Shown: positions 17,829 through 24,822 of the stretch, one piece after another
Layout: each line of letters opens with the position of its first letter
Numbering within the stretch: position 1 is the stretch's first letter
Source: Candidatus Nanobsidianus stetteri
GTDB taxonomy: Archaea > Nanobdellota > Nanobdellia > Nanobdellales > Nanobdellaceae
DNA length: 27,945 nucleotides
Assembly (NCBI RefSeq): GCF_003086415.1
Contig: NZ_QEFP02000019.1
Coordinates: 1 to 27,945, forward strand
Reading direction: 5' to 3'
The notes under the pieces: generated by a model
What the model was told of the DNA's origin: nothing
What the model saw: only the letters and a program-made list of their open reading frames with translations
The model's database searches: none
Program-made: the position numbers and the translations under genes

Positions 17829-18536
17829 ATGGGTCTATTAGAAACATATAAAAAATCTTTTGATTTAGTAAAGAATCATATAGTACATAGTATAATATAT
17901 GGTATAATATTTTATATATTGTGGAATTTATTATTTTTAATACCAATAGTAGGAGCGATTATATATTCATATTTTTATCCTAGATTAACTAAATGGTACT
18001 ATACAAAAGTTACTGGAGAAAGTATTAATCCAGATTATAAAACAGCATTTTTATCATTATTAATACCAAATCTATTAACATCAATTGGTATAACTATAAT
18101 ATTATTAGTATTAATTAGTATTTTAATAAAGTTAGGATTAACTTTTACAGATATATTGAATATTAGTAATCATCAACAATTAATGTCAACTGGTTTACCT
18201 AATTTAAGTATTTCTTTATATGATCTTTTAGGAATAATTATTGGTGTACTTATAATGATAATTGGTGGAATAATGTGGATATTATTATTATATAGCATTT
18301 ATGGGTCTATTTTGGGAAAAGTAAATAAATTATCAATATATTTTGAAAAATCATTGATATTATTTGCATATTGGCTTGTATTTTATATTGTTACTGATAT
18401 AATATTATATATAATTGGTGGAATATTTTCATTAGTATCTCCTTTATTGGGAAGTATAATTGTAATAATTTTAAGTTTAATATTTGTAAATCCAGCATCA
18501 AATCTAATATTACTATTAAAGGCTGAGGAATTATAA
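17829..18536 (+). CDS. Polytopic membrane protein, tandem paralog A
   Basis: The 235-aa product has several TM segments. It shares 'YSYFYP...WYYTKVTG..INPDYKTAFLSLLIPNLL.SIG' and 'YGSILGKVNKLSIYFEKSLIL' with the next gene. A TATA-like element lies 24.5 nt upstream. Confidence 0.6.
   Translation: MGLLETYKKSFDLVKNHIVHSIIYGIIFYILWNLLFLIPIVGAIIYSYFYPRLTKWYYTKVTGESINPDYKTAFLSLLIPNLLTSIGITIILLVLISILIKLGLTFTDILNISNHQQLMSTGLPNLSISLYDLLGIIIGVLIMIIGGIMWILLLYSIYGSILGKVNKLSIYFEKSLILFAYWLVFYIVTDIILYIIGGIFSLVSPLLGSIIVIILSLIFVNPASNLILLLKAEEL
18024..18077 (+). repeat. 54-nt block exactly identical to 18760-18813 (between the tandem paralogs)
   Basis: Aligned by eye: attaatccagattataaaacagcatttttatcattattaataccaaatctatta occurs in both copies. 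The flanking 26 nt (tggtactatacaaaagttactggaga) are also identical after a 4-nt gap with 2 mismatches. Confidence 0.85.
18315..18362 (+). repeat. 48-nt block exactly identical to 19033-19080 (between the tandem paralogs)
   Basis: ggaaaagtaaataaattatcaatatattttgaaaaatcattgatatta is present in both copies. Confidence 0.85.
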
Positions 18537-18567
18537 ATTTTTTATATCTTTTTAAGATCTATTATTT

Positions 18568-19257
18568 ATGGTAGTAGAGATATATAAAAAAGCATTTGAG
18601 TATATGAGAAAAAATTTTGTAGATAGTATATTATTTATTATTTCATCAGCAGTGCTATGGTTTTTATCTATAGCAATACCAATATTGGGAGTAATAATAT
18701 ATTCATATTTCTATCCAAATGTAGTATCCTGGTACTATACAAAAGTTACTGGAGACAATATTAATCCAGATTATAAAACAGCATTTTTATCATTATTAAT
18801 ACCAAATCTATTAGCATCTATTGGAGTAATATATATGTTATATAATTTTTATGATATTACTTCAGTATCATTTGGATCTTTAGTATCAACTGGATATATA
18901 AATCCATTTGGATTAATAAGTTATCAATATGTATCATATAATCCAACATTAATAATTGTTGAATGGGCAATTATTATAATATCAATAATATTGAGTATAT
19001 TACTTCTATATACATTCTATGGATCTATTTTAGGAAAAGTAAATAAATTATCAATATATTTTGAAAAATCATTGATATTACTTGCATATATAATATTATA
19101 CGAAATAATTGCATCAGTAATATTGGGTATTATATCTATAATATATGCGTTAACAATTTCAATAAGTTATGGAATGGTAATATTTTTCATTTTATTAGTG
19201 ATATTTGTGGTACCAACAATAACATTGGTAGCATTATTGAAGGCCAAAGAATTATAA
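18568..19257 (+). CDS. Polytopic membrane protein, tandem paralog B
   Basis: The 229-aa product has the same architecture and conserved blocks as 17829-18536. TTTTTATA lies 25.5 nt upstream of the ATG. Confidence 0.6.
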   Translation: MVVEIYKKAFEYMRKNFVDSILFIISSAVLWFLSIAIPILGVIIYSYFYPNVVSWYYTKVTGDNINPDYKTAFLSLLIPNLLASIGVIYMLYNFYDITSVSFGSLVSTGYINPFGLISYQYVSYNPTLIIVEWAIIIISIILSILLLYTFYGSILGKVNKLSIYFEKSLILLAYIILYEIIASVILGIISIIYALTISISYGMVIFFILLVIFVVPTITLVALLKAKEL

Positions 19258-19329
19258 AATTATTTTTTGATATTTTAATTTAATAATAGAGTAGTTACTT
19301 ATTGGTTATAATTAATTTTAATCAAAAAT

Positions 19330-19345
19330 CGAAAACTTTTTAAAT
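19330..19345 (+). promoter_or_regulatory. BRE/TATA element of the S-layer gene
   Basis: 'cgaaaac' is followed by TTTTTAAA (19337-19344), centred 26.5 nt upstream of the ATG at 19367. Confidence 0.5.
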
Positions 19346-19366
19346 TCTATCATAATTAAATAAATC

Positions 19367-22339
19367 ATGGAAAAAGGATATAAAGGAAGAAATCCATATA
19401 GATATTTTATGATGAGAGGTAAGACCTTGGCAGTTTTGGGAGCATTAGGAGTATTGGGAGTAGCTGCATATTCTCAAGGAGCACCAACAATAGGTCAACT
19501 AGCTCAATCTATGAAATCACAACCAGCATCATGGACAGTAGTAGTAGGAGCAAATGCCAAAGCAGCAGATGTTGTTGGGGCTTCAAATATAATCGCAGCT
19601 TTAGAAACATTTACATCTGTACCAACAACTTCTACCTTAAATACATCTAACTTACAGGTACAAATACAAGGAACAGTTCCAGTAATACAAAATTCATATC
19701 CATTCTATTATCCATCAGAACCATTGTACTTAGGTAGTGCATTAAATTCAGTAGTACAAACAATTCAAGTAGGATCAGGTTCATTTACAACAAATTACAA
19801 TGGACAGCAAACAACATATCAATATAATGCATATGTATATCCACAAGGTTCATTCTCATTACAATATGTACAACCATCTCCAGGTCAATCTGCACCTGTA
19901 GTAGCATTAGCTTCTAGTACACCAACTGCATCACCAATAGCATTAACAATAACATTCTCTCCATCATTAAACTTAACACAATTATCACAATCACCACAAG
20001 CAGTACAAGTATTTAATACAACATACTATTTAGTTCCATCTTCAAATGGTAATTATATAAACTTTGTTCCAGCAGCAGAGGTTGTAACATTAAATGTAAA
20101 TCAATCTGTAACATTTAATGGAGTAAATATTACATTACAAGGTGTTGCTGCTCAATATTCTTCAGGTTCTACAACATCTACGGGTGTACCAGCAGCAATA
20201 TTAAATGTTAACGGACAAACTATAACAGTTCAAGTAGGAGCACAATATTATATTGATGGTGTAAATATACTTGTAGTAAATGTATATGGTCCATTATCAA
20301 GTGTAGTTACAACAACTCAACAAGGTGCAGTTGAATTAGTATTAGGTACTTCTGGTTATCAATTACCTATATCATCAACACCTGCAAATGTATTAACATC
20401 AACAAACCAAGTTCTAAATAATGTACAAGTTCAAATGCAATATACTACATCAAATGGTCAATATTTAATACAAAGTATAACATTCACATTCCCACAATTA
20501 CCAGAAATTGGAACTTCAGGATATTATGGTATTGTAAATGGGCAATCATACACACTACCATTATTTAATTATCAAATAACATTCCCACAAGTACAAATAC
20601 CAGCAAGTAATTCAGACTTAATACAATTACAAGCATCTTTAACATCTTCTAATAGTGTAACACAATTTACAATATCATATCCAGATGCATTATCAGGAAA
20701 AACATATACTTTATCAATATTTAATAATCAAACTACTAACACTTTACAAGCATTCCAACAAGGATATATAGGTAAATATCCATTCTATTATAATTTCATA
20801 ATGCCAAATAATGGAAATATTACTTCTGCTACGTTATCTAATCCACAAGCAGGAGAAGTAATAAATATTGATTTACCTTATTTCATAGCTAATGTTAGTT
20901 CAAATACTGTAACTTTAGTAAGCTTAGTTAGTGGTAATGTCTATAATATAGGTTCGTCGCCAGTACTATTAACAGAAATATCAGAACTAATGGGAATTAA
21001 TGTAAGTGTATATTATAATAATACAGAATTAATATTCAATGTTACTACTCCAGGTTATTACTTCTTAAACAATTCATTTTCAGAATTTACAGAGCCATTA
21101 TCTCTTCCATATTATATGGGTGAGGTCAAATATTTACAAAGTGGCTCCACTGTAGCATTAGTACTTACATCAGGTCAATACTTTGAAGTATATAATCCAA
21201 CTACAAACACATCTGAAATATTCCAAGTACAATCAATAACAACAGGTGCTAATGGTGTACCTCAAGCAGTATTGCAAGATGTAATATCTGGACAAACATT
21301 TACAATAACACAAGGAAATCCACTTGTAGTTGATAATGGTGTATCATTGAATCCAGTAGTAATCAATCCTAGTGCGAGCACACCATTTATAGTATTAGAA
21401 TCTACAGGTTCATATTATCCAAGTAATTTGGTATTGACAGCAAAAGGTCCAAGTCCTCAATCAACGCCAGTAATAGTATTATCTGGTTTAGATACAAATT
21501 CAACAAATGTATCAATATTAGAAGCATATCCAGGATATACAATTTCTGGCGATTCAATAAATCTAACATTATCAGCAAGTGCAGGTATAGTTAATTTAAC
21601 ATCTTCATTGAACTTTGCATCAGGATCAGTATCATCCGGAGCAACTACAACAACATATTACTTAGATGCAGCAGGAACATATGCACAATATGTATCAAGT
21701 ACAAATTCACAATCATTATCACTATATGTACCATTAGCACCAGTTCAATATCCATTAGCACTAGCTCCAGTTGGTTCACAAGCACAAACAGAAGTTGTTA
21801 ATGTAGGAGTAGGACAAACAATACCAGGAACACAATTAACAATAACAGGAGTAACAGGCGTATCATCAACAACATCATATTCACAACCAACAGCATTAAT
21901 TGGAAAGGTAATATTAGATTCACAAGTAACACCATCAATGAGTAATTTAATAGTTGTAGGAGGTCCAGCAGTAAACCTATTAGCAGCAAATGCAGTAATA
22001 CAATATGTATCAGATATGAATGCAACATTAGGACAACAATTACAAGCATATGCAAATAATCAAAGTGGATATGTATATGGTTCAGAATTACAACCAGTAT
22101 TACAACAATTAGGAATAAACTTCGGACCAGGTATGGCATTAATAATGACATCAACACTATATCCAAACACATTAGTAATATTCGGATGGTACGGAAATGA
22201 TACAACACAAGCAACACAATTATTCGCAAACTACTTAGTAAATGGAGTAGATTCAAATATATTCAATAATGCAACAGTAGTAGAAGTAAATGACCAACAA
22301 ACAGTAAACGGATATCCACAAGCAACACAAATTCAGTAA
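19367..22339 (+). CDS. S-layer (surface layer) glycoprotein
   Basis: Contains a signal-peptide-like 'MMRGKTLAVLGALGVLGVAAYSQGA'. The 990-aa product is rich in T/S/Q/N/V, has no Cys or His seen by eye, and has very few charged residues. It carries more than 15 N-x-S/T sequons. The C-terminal 'NLIVVGGPAVNLLA' motif resembles archaeal S-layer C-terminal domains. Composition is higher in GC and looks highly expressed, with a strong promoter and terminator. Confidence 0.8.
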   Translation: MEKGYKGRNPYRYFMMRGKTLAVLGALGVLGVAAYSQGAPTIGQLAQSMKSQPASWTVVVGANAKAADVVGASNIIAALETFTSVPTTSTLNTSNLQVQIQGTVPVIQNSYPFYYPSEPLYLGSALNSVVQTIQVGSGSFTTNYNGQQTTYQYNAYVYPQGSFSLQYVQPSPGQSAPVVALASSTPTASPIALTITFSPSLNLTQLSQSPQAVQVFNTTYYLVPSSNGNYINFVPAAEVVTLNVNQSVTFNGVNITLQGVAAQYSSGSTTSTGVPAAILNVNGQTITVQVGAQYYIDGVNILVVNVYGPLSSVVTTTQQGAVELVLGTSGYQLPISSTPANVLTSTNQVLNNVQVQMQYTTSNGQYLIQSITFTFPQLPEIGTSGYYGIVNGQSYTLPLFNYQITFPQVQIPASNSDLIQLQASLTSSNSVTQFTISYPDALSGKTYTLSIFNNQTTNTLQAFQQGYIGKYPFYYNFIMPNNGNITSATLSNPQAGEVINIDLPYFIANVSSNTVTLVSLVSGNVYNIGSSPVLLTEISELMGINVSVYYNNTELIFNVTTPGYYFLNNSFSEFTEPLSLPYYMGEVKYLQSGSTVALVLTSGQYFEVYNPTTNTSEIFQVQSITTGANGVPQAVLQDVISGQTFTITQGNPLVVDNGVSLNPVVINPSASTPFIVLESTGSYYPSNLVLTAKGPSPQSTPVIVLSGLDTNSTNVSILEAYPGYTISGDSINLTLSASAGIVNLTSSLNFASGSVSSGATTTTYYLDAAGTYAQYVSSTNSQSLSLYVPLAPVQYPLALAPVGSQAQTEVVNVGVGQTIPGTQLTITGVTGVSSTTSYSQPTALIGKVILDSQVTPSMSNLIVVGGPAVNLLAANAVIQYVSDMNATLGQQLQAYANNQSGYVYGSELQPVLQQLGINFGPGMALIMTSTLYPNTLVIFGWYGNDTTQATQLFANYLVNGVDSNIFNNATVVEVNDQQTVNGYPQATQIQ

Positions 22340-22343
22340 AAGC

Positions 22344-22366
22344 TTTTTCTTAAACTTTTTATTTTT
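22344..22366 (+). terminator. Three T5 runs after the S-layer gene (archaeal oligo-T terminator candidate)
   Basis: ttttt occurs at 22344-48, 22356-60 and 22362-66, directly after the TAA at 22337-39. Confidence 0.4.
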
Positions 22367-22386
22367 CAAAATTTTATATTTTATTT

Positions 22387-22482
22387 ATGGATGAAGACAT
22401 AAAAGAAGCTGCTAAAGATCTTATAATATTAATCATATCAATAGGATTAGTAATTTTTGCATATTGGTTATCACTTTTATAA
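22387..22482 (+). CDS. Possible 31-aa single-pass membrane micro-protein
   Basis: Encodes MDEDIKEAAKDLIILIISIGLVIFAYWLSLL, an acidic N-terminus plus one hydrophobic helix. It fills an otherwise empty 168-nt spacer and is below the ORF-track cutoff. Confidence 0.25.
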   Translation: MDEDIKEAAKDLIILIISIGLVIFAYWLSLL

Positions 22483-22507
22483 ATATTATCCCATAAATCA
22501 TTTATAA

Positions 22508-23299
22508 ATGGATATTGATTTTGAGGAGAATATTACAGATTATATTAGAAAAATTATAAAAGAAAATTATAGAATTGATAAAAGGAGTCTATTAGAATAT
22601 AGAGATATAAAAATAATAAAAAATTATATAAAGAATGCAGAAGGATCTTGCTATTTAGAACTTGGAAAAACAAAAGTTTTGGCCGGAGTAAAATTAGAAA
22701 TAGCAGAACCATTTCAAGATAATGAAGATTCAGGTATTTTAGTAACAACAGTAAATTTATCTCCAGTTTCTGATATTAATGTTGATCTAGGACCTTCAGA
22801 AGAATCTATAGAATATTCAAGGGTTGTAGATAGAATATTAAGGGAATCTAGATTTATCAATGATAAAGAATTGGTAATAGAACCAGGTAAATATGTTTGG
22901 TCTGTATTATTAGATATATATGTATTAAATAATGATGGAAATATAATTGATGCATCAACTTTAGCATCTGTATGTGCATTAATGAATACATATTTTCCAG
23001 AATTAATTAAAGAAAATGGTGAATATAAGGTAAATCCAAAAAATAAAACAAATAAAAAATTACCATTAAATAGAAATATTCCGGTAATGGTTTCGTTTGC
23101 AAAAATTGATGATAAATTTATCGTAGATCCAAATAAATATGAAGAAGAAGCTGCAGATATGATTATACATATTGGACTATCTGATAAAATAAATGCATTA
23201 CAAACAAGAAAATCAGGTCCAATATCATTAGAAGAATTTAATAATTTATTATCAGAAGCGGAAAAGTTTAAAGATTATTTATTAAAGAAAATACAATGA
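22508..23299 (+). CDS. rrp42: Exosome complex subunit Rrp42 (RNase PH-like, non-catalytic)
   Basis: Contains 'RIDKRSLLEYRDIKI', 'AEGSCYLELGKTKVLAGVKLEIAEPF' and 'DSGILVTTVNLSPVS...LGPSEES'. Length is 263 aa. Confidence 0.85.
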   Translation: MDIDFEENITDYIRKIIKENYRIDKRSLLEYRDIKIIKNYIKNAEGSCYLELGKTKVLAGVKLEIAEPFQDNEDSGILVTTVNLSPVSDINVDLGPSEESIEYSRVVDRILRESRFINDKELVIEPGKYVWSVLLDIYVLNNDGNIIDASTLASVCALMNTYFPELIKENGEYKVNPKNKTNKKLPLNRNIPVMVSFAKIDDKFIVDPNKYEEEAADMIIHIGLSDKINALQTRKSGPISLEEFNNLLSEAEKFKDYLLKKIQ

Positions 23300-23496
23300 A
23301 TGATATTTCTAGATTTGCTTTAGCCAGATTAATTGGTGCGAGGGCGATACAAATTGCAATGGGAGCTCCAATGATGGTAAAATTATCTAAAGAAGATCTA
23401 GAAAGAATAAGATATAATCCAGTAAAAATTGCAGAAATAGAATATGAAAAGGGCGTTTTACCATTAAAGGCTGTTTTTAAGAAAATTAAACCTTAA
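23296..23496 (+). CDS. rpoK: DNA-directed RNA polymerase subunit K (Rpo6)
   Basis: The 66-aa product contains the 'SRFALARLIGARAIQIAMGAP' core and 'NPVKIAEIEYEKGVLPL'. An ATGA start/stop overlap joins it to rrp42. Confidence 0.85.
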   Translation: MNDISRFALARLIGARAIQIAMGAPMMVKLSKEDLERIRYNPVKIAEIEYEKGVLPLKAVFKKIKP

Positions 23497-23962
23497 TATC
23501 ATATACTTCATATTCCATAACCTTAAGTAAATCTTTTTTTGAAATTCTTAATAAATGATAATGAGATCCACCTCCACAATATATTATTTGATCATCATTT
23601 AGATCAATTATACTTTTATCAACAATTGTTCTTATTTTTTGTTTTAAACCAATTGGAGGTACTCCACCAATATCATATCCAGTAATTTCTTTTACCTCTT
23701 TTGCCTTAGCTAATCTTACATCATTACAATTAAAATATTTCTTTATTTTATTTAAATCAATCATATCTTTTCCCAATAAAAAACATAGTAATGGTTTATT
23801 ATCACAAATTAATAGAATACTCTTTGCAATAATTTCATTAACCTGTTGTTCAACATCTTTTGAAGAGATAACAGGTTTTTCATATTTAATAATTTGAAAT
23901 GTTACACCAAATTTATTCAAATAATTTTCTAAATATTTTTCATCTAACAAATTATCTTTCAT
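23486..23962 (-). CDS. YbaK/ProX-type aminoacyl-tRNA deacylase domain protein
   Basis: Contains 'ITGYDIGGVPPIG' and 'IYCGGGSHYHLLRI'. Length is 158 aa. Confidence 0.75.
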   Translation of the reverse strand: MKDNLLDEKYLENYLNKFGVTFQIIKYEKPVISSKDVEQQVNEIIAKSILLICDNKPLLCFLLGKDMIDLNKIKKYFNCNDVRLAKAKEVKEITGYDIGGVPPIGLKQKIRTIVDKSIIDLNDDQIIYCGGGSHYHLLRISKKDLLKVMEYEVYDIKV

Positions 23963-23993
23963 AAAACACGTTTTTATAGATAAAAATTATAAA

Positions 23994-24066
23994 TGGGACC
24001 GCGGGGATTTGAACCCCGGACCTCCGCCTAGTCAGGGCGGCATCATAGCCACTAGACTACGGTCCC
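23994..24066 (-). tRNA. tRNA-Val (anticodon GAC), 73 nt, no encoded CCA, no intron
   Basis: Minus-strand sequence: GGGACCGTAGTCTAGTGGCTATGATGCCGCCCTGACTAGGCGGAGGTCCGGGGTTCAAATCCCCGCGGTCCCA. The acceptor stem has 7 bp and all are Watson-Crick. The anticodon stem is CCGCC/GGCGG with loop CUGACUA. The T arm is CGGGG-TTCAAAT-CCCCG, and the discriminator is A73. The cloverleaf was folded by hand. Confidence 0.85.
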
Positions 24067-24467
24067 CTATATTTTTCTAATTCTTTCATTAATTTTATTG
24101 TTTTTTCTATATGTTTTTTTATTTTCATTCTTTTGTTAATTATTTTTTTAAATATAGATAGAGTATTTTTTAAGCTTTTTTCATATGCTTTTTTATATTT
24201 ATTTAATTTTTTATAATATTTTTTATCATAATTGTTAATATTTCTGACAAGTTCATTTAAATAATTATATAAATTATTTTCATATTCAAACATATTTGTA
24301 TATTCTTTATGAAATTTCTCAATATCTTTATTATCTTCTATCTTTAATTGATAAGTTTTGTTTAAATTTTCAACAATTTTCTCATATATACTTTTAATTT
24401 TTTCATATATTTCCTCTTCCTCTGGTGAAACATTTTCATCTTCTTTCTTTTCCATATTCTTTTCCAT
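24057..24467 (-). CDS. Hypothetical Lys/Glu/Asn-rich coiled-coil protein
   Basis: A 136-aa ORF fills the gap between acyP and the tRNA on the same strand. Its last 10 nt overlap tRNA positions 1-10. No motif was recognised, and Lys-rich ORFs arise easily in AT-rich DNA. Confidence 0.4.
   Translation of the reverse strand: MEKNMEKKEDENVSPEEEEIYEKIKSIYEKIVENLNKTYQLKIEDNKDIEKFHKEYTNMFEYENNLYNYLNELVRNINNYDKKYYKKLNKYKKAYEKSLKNTLSIFKKIINKRMKIKKHIEKTIKLMKELEKYRGP
24091..24107 (-). promoter_or_regulatory. Candidate BRE/TATA element for the tRNA, embedded in the 3' end of the upstream ORF
   Basis: On the minus strand 'gaaaaaac' (-41..-34) is followed by 'aataaaatt' (-33..-25) relative to tRNA position +1. 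This would place the TSS within about 0-3 nt of the mature 5' end. Confidence 0.35.
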
Positions 24468-24499
24468 AATTATATAAAAATTTTAGTATTATATAAGGT

Positions 24500-24769
24500 T
24501 TATCTTATTATTCTAAAATCTTGATAATTATTAATTTCTATATCTTTTATATCAATTTTATCAACTCTAGCTCTTTCAGGCCCTCTTTTACATAATTCAA
24601 TCATCTTATTTATATTATCTTCATCTCCTTCAAAAACAGCTTCTACAGTTCCATCAGGATTGTTTTTTACATATCCTTTAATATTTAATTTTTTAGCATG
24701 TAAAAATACAAAATTCCTAAATCCAACACCCTGGACCTTTCCATATATAATTACCTTTACAGCCTTCAT
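24500..24769 (-). CDS. acyP: Acylphosphatase
   Basis: The 89-aa product contains the 'IYGKVQGVGFR' phosphate-binding signature and 'GYVKNNPDGTVEAVFEG'. Confidence 0.9.
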   Translation of the reverse strand: MKAVKVIIYGKVQGVGFRNFVFLHAKKLNIKGYVKNNPDGTVEAVFEGDEDNINKMIELCKRGPERARVDKIDIKDIEINNYQDFRIIR

Positions 24770-24789
24770 TCTTTAAAATTTATAAACAT

Positions 24790-24801
24790 ATTTTTAAATA
24801 C
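24790..24801. promoter_or_regulatory. Central TATA-like element shared by divergent acyP and asnS
   Basis: TTTTTAAA (24791-24798) is 25.5 nt from the acyP start (24769) and 28.5 nt from the asnS ATG (24823). The spacer is 53 nt. Confidence 0.45.
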
Positions 24802-24822
24802 CTACATTTATGGAAGGTCGGA

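Noticed and set aside
19409-19414. Internal Met-Met as the true start of the S-layer protein
   Set aside because: This is not excluded, but there is no SD-like sequence at a suitable distance. The BRE/TATA spacing fits the ATG at 19367, so the upstream start is kept and the ambiguity is flagged.
21798-22256. 152-aa minus-strand ORF inside the S-layer gene
   Set aside because: It is antisense to the S-layer CDS, and its Leu/Val/Ile-rich translation is a composition artefact.
22554-22748. 64-aa minus-strand ORF inside rrp42
   Set aside because: It is an antisense shadow ORF.
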